Assembly: GCA_030141605.1 (NCBI GenBank)
Contig: JAQGDQ010000012.1
Span: forward strand, 620,001 to 684,000
Source: Tubiluchus corallicola
Taxonomy: Eukaryota > Animalia > Priapulida
DNA: 64,000 nt
Reading direction: 5' to 3'
In this document: piece after piece, positions 45,656-63,139 of the stretch
Numbering within the stretch: position 1 is the first letter of the stretch
Layout of the letters: every line of letters starts with the position of its first letter
Translations under genes and position numbers: made by a program
The notes under the pieces: generated by a model
Told to the model about the DNA's origin: nothing
Database searches by the model: none
What the model saw: only the letters and a program-made list of their open reading frames with translations

Positions 45656-46348
45656 TATTTTTCTTCAGAAAAATACAAAAGAATTTATTTCTTGCTAACA
45701 CTATACTATCAGTGGTCTTTTACAACACTTTGGAACTTTAAATGCTTGCACCCACTGTTATATACCACAGACATATTCACAATTTTTTGCTAAAGCACCA
45801 CAAGTAGTTAATAAAAATTGCTATGAAGTGAGCAAAATAATATAGTTACTAAAGCAGCTGAGTAAGACAAAAACTGGCAGTGACATTTCTAATTCTCCAT
45901 TAATGGTGGCACAAAGCATTAAAAATTTATAATGCCCTGTCACAGTGCCCCGGAAGCAATTAATTAACTTTAGTGCTTTCCCGAAGTTTATAAATGACAA
46001 AATTTTTAGAAACAAATTAACTGCACTGATATTAACAAAATTGAATATGAACCTGCAGTACACACTATTAACGGTCGTGTCTTTTTGCATGTTTCCTGCG
46101 CATGACACCATTGGTCTAATAATTGAGCACTTTTATGTGATAACATCTTGAGAACTTCCTAGTACATTGGACTAAAAGCTAAGTATCCTTTACTCAGTTC
46201 CACATGATGATTATTAGATCACTAGAGTAGACTAGACAAAGTCATAATAAAGTTGATTCGCCAAGGTACTGAAGGCATAGTTACACAAAATACATGATTG
46301 ATATAGCCGAGTCTGTAATATTTACAGTTTTGTTTAACTATTCTTTTG

Positions 46349-50262
<3,914 letters not shown>

Positions 50263-50440
50263 GTTGATCGTATGTAATTTGTTTCTCCTTCAGTAGGTGG
50301 CGCAGTGCTCTTTGTTGCTGATGCTGTTGCACTCTTGTAACACTCATTCTCATCAGTAGCTCAGTTTTGAAGTTCTGTAAGCTTAATTTGTAATTTCGTA
50401 AGCGCGAATTACGTTAAATGGTATGTCTGAGGTAACTGTC
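50263..50440. promoter_or_regulatory. Probable bidirectional promoter for NDUFAB1 and the F-box genes, with CTCF-like motif
   Basis: Head-to-head arrangement; CAGTAGGTGGCGCAGTG at 50291-50307; plus-strand donor candidates G|GTATGT (~50420) and GAG|GTAACT (~50431). Confidence 0.5.
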
Positions 50441-50973
50441 AAAAATTTTTGTCTGAAAACTTGCTGTTACCTGACAAAACTACACATGATTCTTGTTACT
50501 AAACTTGGTTGCTGCAACAGATCTTCAAAATGTAATGTAATAAATTTATTTATTTAGCGCACTACACCATTTAAAATCTCAGCACGAATCACCTGAACAA
50601 TAAAATACATATAAAATTCATGAGAAACATAAAATTTAAAAGACATTAAAAATAATTCATCATAAAAAATACAATCTAAACAAATGTGTTTCGAGATGTT
50701 TAAAACAATCTTAATAATTAAATTGTCATTAATAATTGAACAACTATTATTTTACTATACTTGAATAATGTACTTACTTTATAAGTTAGTCATCCATCAC
50801 ATACTAATAAGAAGTGGGCACCAAACACTTGAGTTCGAATTCAATTTGAATGTAAAATTATAGATTTGAAAAGTTTAGCACTTCAACTTGCATTCGTTAT
50901 CATTAAAACGTTTAAAATAATGTAACCAGCATAATTTAGCTGCAATTTCTGTGCAAAATTTTTAAACAAATTA

Positions 50974-51160
50974 CTGTCAAACCTCGTTATAACACCCCCT
51001 TTATAATGGCAATCTTGGTTAACACATATACTTTTGGCAAAACAAAATGTCTACATTTGCATAGATGTGTATGTATTAATGCACCTCATTCTAACGTCAA
51101 ACTCTCTTAAAGCCAACTTTTTTGCAGTTTCAAAGTAGGCGGTATAAAGAGGTTTGACTG
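50974..51160. mobile_element. Tc1/pogo (Tigger-like) MITE with TA target duplication
   Basis: TA-ctgtcaaacctcgttata ... tataaagaggtttgactg-TA imperfect terminal inverted repeats. Confidence 0.8.
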
Positions 51161-51580
51161 TATCGGTGTTTTTATTGCAGAATAAAATCAAGTAATATAC
51201 ATGATCTTTGTGAAACATACGTTTTATTAATGATTTGAAAATTTATTAGAAGATCTTTAAAGCTGAATTCCATTCGACTTGAATTTGCCTTCAGGTAGAG
51301 AATGCTCACCCCTAATAATATTTTATGAAAGTTTTTATAAATTGTTAGTTGTAACATTAGTGAATTCACAATTTTAATAATGCAAATATGAAACACATTA
51401 TTGAAAGCTGTAAAACGATTAAATTTTGATTAATAATTACAAATACATGGTAGGCATATATAGGCTAAATGTGGGCCGTAAAACGCATTAGACACAAGCA
51501 TGAATTAATGTTTGGTTAAATTTTAAATATACAATGTTTGCATTTCAGGACCAGCAAACTCTTTAGCTGGAAATGGAGTG

Positions 51581-52381
51581 ATGTGGGATTTATTACCAGA
51601 TGTTCCTCTATCTCGCATATTTTATTTTTTGGATGCAGCTAGTCGTTTACTTGCTAGTCAAGTTTGTCAGCGTTGGCAACATTGCATATACAACAGCTCC
51701 ATTTGGGACAATTTCTTCTACGACTGCATTCTGGTTCAAAAAGCAACTCAGGACAACTCTTTGTACAACTGGGACAGATTTCACATATCCATATTTGAAC
51801 TAGTTGCTACATATTGTCAGAACATTAAATCTGTCACATTTATTAACATAATTGCAGGTGTGGACGTGGAAGTTTTTGAGCAACTAGCTCAGTGTTGTGA
51901 TCAACTGACGTCACTCACCGTGTCTGTTTATGATCCAAAATTTAGTGGGGTTTCTCTTAGACAGTTGCAGAACAACTTGTGGGAAGTTTGTATTAATAAC
52001 AAGAACTTGAGAGCTTTGTCAGTAACTGGGATTAATTTGACACGTCAGCCTTTCAAATCACAAGTGCGAATATATGATATTTTTACAACAAACCTGTCTA
52101 GTGTTCTTGAGAAGTTAACCATCATTACTCCACCCCAGCCAGAGAGAGGTTCGGCACCACCTCATATTCCAGTTTTGAGCATGGCTGGAATAAAAAATTT
52201 GCACAAACTGCGACATTTGACGACTGCTTCATATGAACTTGACATGAATGCTCTCAGACAGTTGGCAGATCATAGTTTAGAAGAGTTAGCTGTTGTATGC
52301 ACTGGCAATGAACATTTGTTACAGGAAGATGCCTTGCACAGTTTGTCACTGCTGAACATATCTATAGTGAAAGAATGCTGA
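51581..52381 (+). CDS. F-box protein with LRR-like C-terminus, paralogue 1
   Basis: N-terminal F-box WDLLPDVPLSRIFYFLDAASRLLASQVCQRW...IW; LxxLxL-type repeats; acceptor TTTCAG at 51548. Confidence 0.85.
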   Translation: MWDLLPDVPLSRIFYFLDAASRLLASQVCQRWQHCIYNSSIWDNFFYDCILVQKATQDNSLYNWDRFHISIFELVATYCQNIKSVTFINIIAGVDVEVFEQLAQCCDQLTSLTVSVYDPKFSGVSLRQLQNNLWEVCINNKNLRALSVTGINLTRQPFKSQVRIYDIFTTNLSSVLEKLTIITPPQPERGSAPPHIPVLSMAGIKNLHKLRHLTTASYELDMNALRQLADHSLEELAVVCTGNEHLLQEDALHSLSLLNISIVKEC

Positions 52382-52718
52382 AGTTTCTGGTGTACAAGAG
52401 CAACAAAGGAAGATTTGCTTTCAACTATAACGACAAAAGAAATTTAGTAACTTCTGAATTTTGTTTGTTTGTGCGTTAATTAGGCAGACTACCATCCATT
52501 TCTGATTTTAAATAGAATACTTACATGCAGCATTGGAAGTGATTGTTATTAATTGTTTATAATTTTTAAAAACCGATTCTAAATAAACTGTATAAAAAGT
52601 GTGCGATGGTTTTATACAGTATTGGCGAGTTTTGAATTATGCATCAATGTATTTGTAAGCTGTTTAATGCTGTATTGTATTCTGGTGTTGTTACTGTATA
52701 GGAAAGTGGATTATTCAA

Positions 52719-53555
52719 ATGTGGGAAGCACTTCCAACTGTTTTTCTTACTGAAGTATTCAAATATCTTGATGCTGGAAGTCGGATGCTGGCAGCACATG
52801 TCACACAAAGGTGGCAAGAATGTTGCTCACAGAAGATTGTTTGGCGTAACTTCATTTACGATTGTGATATCATAATGGTCACTGCAGAGAGAAATCCAGA
52901 CTACAACTGGCCTGCATTTCGTGATAATTTGGCAGAAATATTATCAAAAGTTGCTGGTTTTATTAAAATGGGATCTGTGCTCAATATCATGCATGGAGCT
53001 GACGTTGAAGTACTCGAGTCACTTGTGATTAACTGTGAAAACCTGCACTCGTTGCACGTCTCTTCACGAAATAATTCCATGAAAGGCCCGTCATTGCGAC
53101 AGTTACAAAATCACCTCAGGCATGCATGCTTGAATAATGAGAATCTAACAACATTGGCTGTAGAGAATATTAATCTTACTAGAGAACCTTGTGATGATCG
53201 GATACAGCTTTACAATTTTTTAACTCCACACCAAGGACAGAACTTGAAAGAGCTCCTAATAACAACACCTCATGCAGTTGTCAGAGGTCGTGACTGTCCT
53301 CCCCATGTCCCAGTTCTCACCCTAGCTTGTCTCAAGTGTTTGGAAAATTTGGAAAAGTTAACAACAGCCTTACATGAATGTGATGCCGATGCAATTGAAC
53401 TTTTGTCAGGATACAAGCTAAATGAGCTAAACCTGTTGTGCAATGCTACTGAGGATTCAGTTTCTGTCATGCAAAGACATACATCATTCTGGCAGGTTGG
53501 TCAAAAAGTCAAACTTAAGCTGATTTCAACAAAATCTAAGTGTGATGCATGTTAA
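52719..53555 (+). CDS. F-box protein with LRR-like C-terminus, paralogue 2
   Basis: F-box WEALPTVFLTEVFKYLDAGSRMLAAHVTQRW...VW; colinear with paralogue 1 (DVEV, SLRQLQN, NINLTR, PPHxPVL); acceptor GTATAG at 52701. Confidence 0.85.
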   Translation: MWEALPTVFLTEVFKYLDAGSRMLAAHVTQRWQECCSQKIVWRNFIYDCDIIMVTAERNPDYNWPAFRDNLAEILSKVAGFIKMGSVLNIMHGADVEVLESLVINCENLHSLHVSSRNNSMKGPSLRQLQNHLRHACLNNENLTTLAVENINLTREPCDDRIQLYNFLTPHQGQNLKELLITTPHAVVRGRDCPPHVPVLTLACLKCLENLEKLTTALHECDADAIELLSGYKLNELNLLCNATEDSVSVMQRHTSFWQVGQKVKLKLISTKSKCDAC

Positions 53556-53799
53556 ATCACTCTAGTCCAGCTGTAGCCAGCATTTTATTCTGATTTTATA
53601 ATATTAAACCATAATTTATGTTGACTCTTTAATAAGTTTGTTATATAGAATTATTAATATTTGGGTATCGTGCAATGGACTGTTGTTAAATTTGTTGGCT
53701 CCTTTTTTTACTTTTATAAATTAAATGTCTGAGCAATTATTATTTATTTTTGGTAAATTAGTGTATAATGTATGTGACATACTATTATACTGTTAGACT

Positions 53800-54610
<811 letters not shown>

Positions 54611-55481
54611 AGTACGTAACTTATTTAAGTACTGATATACAACAGTAGAGCAGTATTGCATTAGTTTGTCACTCTTCAACTCACAATGGAGAACTTGATT
54701 TTTGAATCAGAGAATAAAAATTAATCATGTACAAACAACCAGAATTTTAGGAACTTCTGTAGGCAGAGTTCGGATAAAAAATGAAACAAAAAGGAAATTA
54801 CATGTACAGAAAGATGGTACCAGTACGGGAACCATTATTATAGAAGTTGAAGTTTGAAATTAAAATTTATTCCAAATGCCAATAATATAGCTATAGCAAT
54901 ACAATCCAGAGGAGAATATAACCATAATTATAACACTGAAATTTTTTACTGATAACAGTTGGAACAATAAATAATTCCAACTTTGTGGCAAAAGCATATT
55001 AATTTTACATTTTTCTGCTAAGTGCTAAGAGGGCAGTAATGAAAATAAAAATTTTTATTCAAAATAATAAAAAATTTCTCTGATTAATGATAGGTGGCGC
55101 TCGCGACCGTTATGGATGTCCCCCCTAATGAACGTTGTGAAAGGAAACTTAACTTTAGCTCTTTTAAGCACATATATGAACTATTAAGAAAATGCCTTAC
55201 TAGATAAAACCTATTCATTGGCAATTGCCTGAAATTCCCTTTTTCTCTACTTTGTTACTAAGTTACTTTGGCGTACTACAGTCCTAAACTAAGGTTACAA
55301 GTAATAGAACTGCAAAACTGGATAAGCTACAGCGTAAAACACAAAAAAACTTTTAGCTTATTTGTTTCGTGAGATGCAACAGTTTTTTACTACGCCGAAG
55401 TTTTGCCGGACTGCCAGTTGTAACTTTCTAAAGTGCAAATAGAGTAATACAAACAAGGAATGTAGTTGTGTGACACCAAAC

Positions 55482-57115
55482 ATGAATTGCCTAATGTACT
55501 GTTATAGCATTGGCAGACTCATTCATTCAAAATCTGCAAGAACATTAAGCTACAAATTTCCTAACTTTTCAGCTTCAATATTTATTTATATCTTCAGAAA
55601 TTTGTCCATATCAAATTTGAATCGTGACAAATTCTCATCGGAAACATCTTCAGATGAGTCCTCTTCTTCATTAGAAGATCCGTTTCATGGCTTTTTGAAG
55701 AATCTTAGAGTAACAAAACAGCACAAAATTCATAAGTATATCAAGTTATCTCCTGAGTGTGAAAAGTTGAATGAAACTTTTTTGGAGATTCTGAAATGTC
55801 GAGAGAATGTGCATGAAGCAATGGCATTGTACCGAGAAAAAGTTGCTGGTGGTTCATGTCACATTCCTTTTACCACACAACATGCTTTAGCAGCTTCACT
55901 TTCTAGAAAGGGCTTACTATTTGATTTGGCTGTGGTGAAAAACGTTTGTTCTGTTCATTATCCAGAGATTTTTAAATATGAGATGTGCTTTGACCATTAT
56001 ATCGCTGAAGCTCTTGGACAGAATGGCCAATTTGAAGCGAGTCTTGCTCTGTTCAAAAAACTTTATCATGATCATCGTGTCAGACGAAGAAAGTTGGTGA
56101 ACATGGTGAAATTTATTTTGGGACATATTCTTGATGCCGATCTAAAGATGACTGAAAATGAACGCAATGAAAGTGATCATTTATTGACTTATGCCAGGTT
56201 TATGGATTATTGTGCTAGATGTGGTGACATTATACCAACTGCACATCTCTGGAGAATGCTCATCCAGAGCAAGTCAACATTACATCAGCTGAGAGCTGAG
56301 CAGATGTTGGACAGTTCTCCTGAACTAGTGAAAGCGGTGCAACCCAAAATAAAAATGATGTGTGAGGAAGCAGTTAAAGGAAAGCATGTTGGTGTGCTTT
56401 ATCAATTGGTGCATGCTGTTGAAAAGTTTAAAATGGAAGAAGAAAAAAGCAATGTTTTCAGCAGTTTAATGGAACTTTATTGTAAGTCACAGTTTATTTT
56501 AATATGCTTTGTTCGACAATGCGGTGCATATGATATTTAACTATATAACAGAGTTTTCACCATGTTAGTTTTACTGATAGATTTTGCAGATCAATTTTTT
56601 TGAATTAATGTACCATTGAAAAAAATGTGGCCGTGTTAAATACTTTTCCAACTTTATGTGCAGTAGTACTTTTGATTAACTACTGTTATCTTTTCTGATA
56701 ATTAAAGCGTCCAGGTTACTTTACCTGTGCTCACTGTTGTAGTTAGTTAGTTTCTAAGTTGGTTTGTCTGTAGCTAATATCGTGCTGCTACTGCTGCACG
56801 GTTTTAGCTTTAGTTACTTTGTTTGCAATTAACTGATGTATTAGTCTGTGCTGTTTAAAACAGAGATGAGTCTAAAGTCATCATTTTCTAAATGATGTTA
56901 AATGTGTTACTTAGAAGTATTTCCTTTTTCAAGGTACCACTGATGATGTGGAAGGTGCTATGGAAGTACTGAATTATGCACAAAAGAACAATATAACTCT
57001 CAAAGCTAGCACAGTGGAAAAGATGATGAGCTTGGCAAGACATGTTGCACAAATACCTGACAAGATTAGCCGTAATTTTAGCGCTTCCACAGATTCTAAA
57101 AATTTTACTTTTTGA
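55482..57115 (+). CDS. Helical-repeat (PPR/TPR-like) protein, probably mitochondrial, ~393 aa, 2 exons
   Basis: Exons 55482-56481 (T|GTAAGT) and 56934-57115, in frame. Basic/Ser-rich N-terminus; PPR-like units YIAEALGQNGQFEASLALFKKL and VFSSLMELYCTTDDVEGAMEVLNYAQKNNI. Confidence 0.75.
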
Positions 57116-58469
57116 GCACTCATTAGCAGTTTTTTAAAGGTCATTAGTACCATCAAAATGAATTGGATGCAAATGTTGGTTTAATTGGATAAGAATGACA
57201 ATTTTAAGTGTTTCTTTCGGGTACCTCAGTAATTACTTGCATTGTTTATTACACGAGCCTAATATTTCTACCAAGTTTCGACAATAAAACTGATGACATT
57301 ATTAAACTTTGTAATTCGATAGCCATTGTCTCAATATTTAAACTTTAACTGCTACTTTCTGCTGTGCACTTCTACAGTAGGTACGTACTAGCAGCTATTA
57401 ACTGCTGTATTGGCAGTGCAGCAAGATAACAGCCAGTAAGGAAATGGTAGATCTAACCGTTTTTGTTGTAGGGGTGACTTACATAAAATAAACTATGACT
57501 ATGATTTCTTTACCAAGCGGTTATTTATTCAAATGAAATTGTTTATTAACCTTTAAGAATCTATTTCAGGCCACTAACAAAGATACGAATGAACAGACAG
57601 TTAAGTTTAACAGAATACAAAAAGGATAATATAGCTTATTTTATTCCTCTAATCCCTATGCTGTATTAATAGTGTTCAGTGCGGTACCACCCAGACTGAC
57701 TTAGCTGACTCATTGATAAAGTGTACAATTAAGTAATTGAGAAGTCTCCCAGATAAAATATCAGCCAAATGCTTTGTGGAGAGAACACTAATTTTTGCAC
57801 TCAGAGTGCCGTTCAGGCTCTCAGAGTGCAATAAATGAATGCTTGTTTTTAATATAACAGTGCAGTTAGTTAAAATGCACTAGTGGTTGTTCTTATTTGT
57901 GAATGTAAATGATCACAGTTTCTTCACTGCTGCTGAATCTTAAAGCAAGTTCTGACATTTGCTACTAAAGTAAACCACACCTGCCGGCGCCTGTGGTTTA
58001 TATATTTTTTTAAATTAAAAAAAATTTTATGTATAAATAAAAATTTTTAGCGGTAAACCAGGAAACAGATCAAACCTTGTTGTTTGGGCAATAATGAGTT
58101 TTAAACTAGTGAACTTGTCTGAGGAAATGGTTTCTAGCAACCGCAAAATGGTATAAAATGCAGTAAGATGCATGTGTGGTCGAGACATTCTGCCGTTTAG
58201 CTGTGTCTGGTGGGTAAAATTAGCACGCACGCAAACTTATTAAATTTTGTATGAACCGTGGGTGGACTGTAAACTTGACAGTCTCAGATCAGTTTTAGGT
58301 TTGACTATCCACATTTTGCTGAGTAGATCATCTTGACACTAAATAAATTAAGATTAAGTAATGGGTCATCCACAGCAGTGTATTACGAACTTGCTTTTAA
58401 GGTAAATGTAGATAAATTATATTTGATAAAAGAATATTTCACGTTTGAGGAAGTCTATATACCGGAATT

Positions 58470-58630
58470 TAGATCTCATTTGAGACCTTCAAAATGTACT
58501 TAAATACAGGAAGATGTGTTGGTGGCTGGGGCTACAGCTTGGACCCCGCTGGGGAGCTTACAGCGCTCCTCCAGACCCCCTACCTCCAGACCTGCTTGTG
58601 CGTCAAATTTTTTAAACTCTGGCAGCGCCA
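58470..58630 (+). repeat. Short GC-rich interspersed repeat (non-autonomous DNA-transposon-like)
   Basis: ggaccccgctggggagcttacagcgctcc..ccagaccccc motif, recalled as a widespread invertebrate repeat core; not verified. Confidence 0.55.
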
Positions 58631-58973
58631 ATGGTGTAAACACGAAATTTAGTGAAAATGTCTTACCAGATCTTGCAGTTTAATTTTATGATATTTAAAA
58701 GTCAAAGTCCACAGCTAAAAAGGTCTTTTTTACTAAAATTAACAATATGTTTCCGGCTTAGAGTCTGAGAATTTTAAAATGGAGAAGTTTATTGCTTTTA
58801 TTATTCATTACACAATTGCCTAGATGCTAATAAATTTGACTAGGTTAGCAACTGTTCAGAAAAATAAAGAAAAATTAATGATATTGTGTTTTCAAAGCAA
58901 AACTTACTGTGACATTTTGTAACTGTACGAACTATGTATTCGAAGTAAAATTTTGAAGCTGCTGTCAAAATCA

Positions 58974-60683
58974 TGTATGTACAACGTCGAAGCCGATACG
59001 GCTAAATCAGTGCAAATCAGATGTCCATGAAACCATCTCTTATCCACGACTTGAACCTTCTTGCATATCCAAGCATCCGTCTTTCTTCATCGAGTTTTTC
59101 GGCACAGTTGTTGACTAGGGATCTCCATGCAGGACGGTCGTGAACTGCGAAAGGCAGCTTGTCCAACATTCCACCTTTCCTCAGAAAGAACTTCACCTTG
59201 TCCTTGAAGCGAAGGAGAGGACGACCAACACTGCGAGAGCCACTGGTTAGTTCTCCATGAAGAAGAGCCTTTGTCGGTCTGTTATCGTTCATTCTGACCA
59301 CATGCCCAAACCACCGAAGTTGAGCCTTAGTAAGCGTAACCTCGATATCTTCCATCTTGGCACGAGCCAGCACGTCTTCGTTTGGCACATAGTCGTCCCA
59401 GCGAATACGAAGGATGTGACGCAGATGTCTCTGCTGAACCGCACGAAGAGACCTGACCTGATCTTGATAGAGCGTCCACGTTTCCTGACCATAGGTAAGC
59501 TGCGGAATGATGCATTGCTTGTACACCTGCAGTTTAGTGGCGATGGTAAGGTCATGGTTATCGAAGACACGTTTCCTCATACGGCCGAAAGAGCTGGCTG
59601 CAGCATTAATTCTTGCATGAAGCTCAGTATCCAATCGAGTATCTGAGCAGATGTAACTTCCGAGATATTTGAACCGTTGCACACTTCCAAGCTGTTCTCC
59701 GTCAATGGTAAAATTGACACTGTCGCTAGAGCCGACACTCATTGTCTCAGTCTTCCTTTTGTTAATGCGCAGTCCCATTCTCTTTGCAGTTTCATTGTAA
59801 ATGTCGATGAGATCCTGAAGGTCTTCCGGGTTGTCAGAGAAGATAGCTATGTCATCGGCATATTGCGCTTCACGCAGGAACATCATTCGTGTCTTCGTCC
59901 TTGCTTTGAGTCGACGTAGGTCAAAAATGTCTCCATCATATCTGAATCGAACATGAATGCTCTTCGTCGAGCCAAGTCTGCCGAAGGCTACCTGCAAAAG
60001 GACTGCAGCGAAAAGTCCGAAAAGAGATGGAGCTAACTTGCAGCCTTGTTTCACACCGCTGTTGTATTCTACAGGATCACTAAGCTGGCCATTGACAGAG
60101 AGACGCGCTAGCATATCAGTGTGTAGAGCTTTTACCATACTTGTAAATCGATCCGGGCATCCACACTTTGAAAGCACCTTGTACAGCAATTCGCGATTGA
60201 CACTGTCAAAAGCCTTTGTAAAGTCGATAAAGGCAATATGCATTGATGTTCTATGCTCTCTCGTTTTCTCCATCAGCTGACGAATCGTAAAAATACCATC
60301 AATGGTACTGCGATCCCGTCGATACCCTGACTGGGACTCTGGGTAGATACGCTCCAAAATCTTGTCCAGCCGAACGAGAAGAATGTCTGCAAAAAGCTTT
60401 CCGACAACACTGAGTAAGGAAATGCCACGATAGTTACCGCAATCACTGCGATCACCCTTTTTGAACAAAATGGTGATGTTAGCATTGACAAAGTCACGAG
60501 GCATATCACCAGTCCTCCAAATAACGTTGAAGAGCTCCAAAAGATGATTCTGGAGAGAAGCACCGCCATGGATGATAACCTCTGGTGGGACACCATCAGG
60601 TCCAGGGCTTTTCCGTCGCTTGATACGGCGAATAGAGTACTTGAGTTCCTCGAGGGTGACTAGTCCATCCATCTCGTCGATGA
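58974..60683 (-). mobile_element. Young 5'-truncated RTE-clade LINE with intact RT frame and 9-bp TSD
   Basis: Uninterrupted ORF (KSPGPDG, KKGDRSDCGNYRGISLLS, ESQSGYR..STID, FIDFTKAFDSV, GVKQGC, QYADD, FKYLGS, RWFGHV, GRPLLRFKD). TSD TCAAAATCA at 58965-58973 and 60684-60692. 3' hairpin AGCCG-ATA-CGGCT near 58991. Confidence 0.95.
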
Positions 60684-61645
60684 TCAAAATCAAGTGTGTC
60701 ACTAATATGCAGCTTTCCTTTTTTCGTGTAGGTTAACTGAAGGTAATATCTATTGTCAGCCACAATATTAGTTTTCAAGGTTATTTAGATAATTTATTAA
60801 TAAGTTATATTAAAGGATTTTAATCTTATAAATCAATTTTTACAAATCATGAGAATTTTGGTGTAAATTCAATTTTACGTGATTTACGAAGTGAGTAATA
60901 CCAATGTGGTACATGGGTTCATTGACAGCCTGATCGTCAGATAATTTTGTCATCAAATAATTTTTACTTGATATTTTGCAATGTGTTATTTTTATCAACG
61001 TCTTATTTAAAATTGCATAATTATATAGATTAGGCTGAAAGAAGAGACAAGAATAGCATATACAGTATTTGATTTATGGGAGGAGAGTCAAAATAATTTA
61101 ACCAATCTATATGACATCAACGAGGATTCTTACTACCACATCATAATCCAAGCTCATTGCAGGGCATTTCTTCTACTAGTATTCCTGAAGTGGACAATCA
61201 ACTTCACTTAGTTTAGCCACGAATCCTGGTGCAGAGTAGTAACTATTTTTTCAGAGATTAACGTTTTTCCTGCATTCGATTTAATTATTGGTATTATTTT
61301 AAACCTGGACAACAGGTGGTAGCACCCTACTGTAAGCAGGCGTACACCACTCGATTGGTTGAATTGCTTTCGACTTTTCGCATGCCACCGCGGATGTTTA
61401 CTGTGTTACGGTTCGTCTGTTATAGAGCATCATACAAAGCTTGCTGCACACAAAATTTCTTATTGTAAATTTTGAAGTATCCATAGTAGAATATCAGTTC
61501 ATTATAGTCCTAACGGGAAAGCTAGCAGAAGCTTAGTATTGTATTGTAGTGCTGTAGCTTGACTGGGCGTGAAGATTCCCTCATAAAGCTTCAGTTCAGT
61601 TGAATAAAATGACTGTTACGTAGCACAATTTTTAATAATATTTTA

Positions 61646-61709
61646 ATGGCGTTGGAAGAAGTTGTGTACGAATATTTTTCGGAAACTGCTGGAGAGTGGT
61701 ATGATAGTA
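61646..61709 (+). CDS. Possible first coding exon of an unidentified gene (MALEEVVYEYFSETAGEWYDS)
   Basis: ATGGCG start, open frame to A|GTGAGT donor, downstream of a CpG-richer segment with a CTCF-like motif (61310-61325). No matching next exon found in the window. Confidence 0.3.
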
Positions 61710-63139
61710 GTGAGTATCACTTTGTATATTATTTTTAAGTCTAATAACATTAGCTTTTATGTGAATTTAGAATTCATTTTGTATTGATGCAGGTCTTATT
61801 ATTGTAATAATTTAATAATTGTATGTGTGACTGTACGGTGGTCTTGTGAAAAACTGATCCGGAATTTATCACCAAGTTTGTCATTTGGCAGTTTTTGTAT
61901 CAACTTTGATATTTTTTCTATTTTAATCGTACTCCTGATCCCTTTCTCAAAAAATACTTGTCTGTACTTTCATTGCGATATCAGTTTTTCCGTAAGCCAA
62001 ATAAAGAGGTCTATCCTAAGATTCATATTGCTTTGCCACTAAAGTTTTAGTGCTGTTGCACTACTGCTATTGCTAAGGGCCACATACTTTCATTCTTCTT
62101 ATGTTAATGACGTTTCTCTGAACGCTACAAGACAGCTAATCTGTAGTTGTGGTTGAGCGTAATCATTGATGCTAATTCTGAATAGAAGACGCGAACCAGA
62201 TGTGAATATCATGTGTGGAGAATGATACATTACATTTTAGCGTTGGACAGAGAGTTTATATTCGTCCGGGTTCTTTAACTGAAATGAGCCCATATGGTAA
62301 GAGGTTCATGGTTCAAACTGCACATTGCCGCAGTCTGCAAAAGAGAAATGTTACCGGTGTGCGGTGAGCTCCTGGTACTAATTTATGTATGAAATGAAAC
62401 GCATCACATCAGCAGAAGATCCATGTTGTAAAAACGAATAGGTGACATTGAAAAATAACGCCTTTGCTTTAGTTACAAAATTGTGTGTGTAAATTTTTTG
62501 AATAAAATCAACTTAGCATCCTTTAAATGAATTTCTTTCTAGTCACTAATTCAGGTCTTTACCTTTTATACAAAAATGTCATCTTGGATTTCTGTTTTGG
62601 CGTTCCTCTAGTCTATTATCTCTATTACGCCCCAGATGTTGCTACTGTGTGTAACAGTAGTTGAACAGCAGCTGATGTGGAATGCAGTGACGTGTTCATT
62701 TTGCGCTTTTAACCCTTTCTTGTTCATTGGTGGTTGCTTCATTTAAATTTTAAGCAGCTTTCCAAAACACGATCCACGATAGCTAGCGTTGAATAATTGA
62801 AGATTAGAACTGTACCCATATGACAATTATGCGTACTTGAGTTGCAGTCTGCAATTTATAAATAATTTTTTATGTACACGTTTACATGTTTCTTAGGTCG
62901 CTAATTTTTAAACTTCTTTCTCAGGCTTATAAATCTGCATGGTAACTTTTCCCGTTGCCGACTGTCCCGAATCCCGACTCCGTTATCGTCACATGAAGAT
63001 TGGTATTTCTGGATGCTGACTAGACAGTCAGGACAAATCCAATAAATTATTGAGTTAAATTAAGGAGATGCCAAACTTTCTTGATTAATCCCTATGTAAT
63101 TTTTCCCATGGAATCAAATAAACGAATGGACCAATTTGT

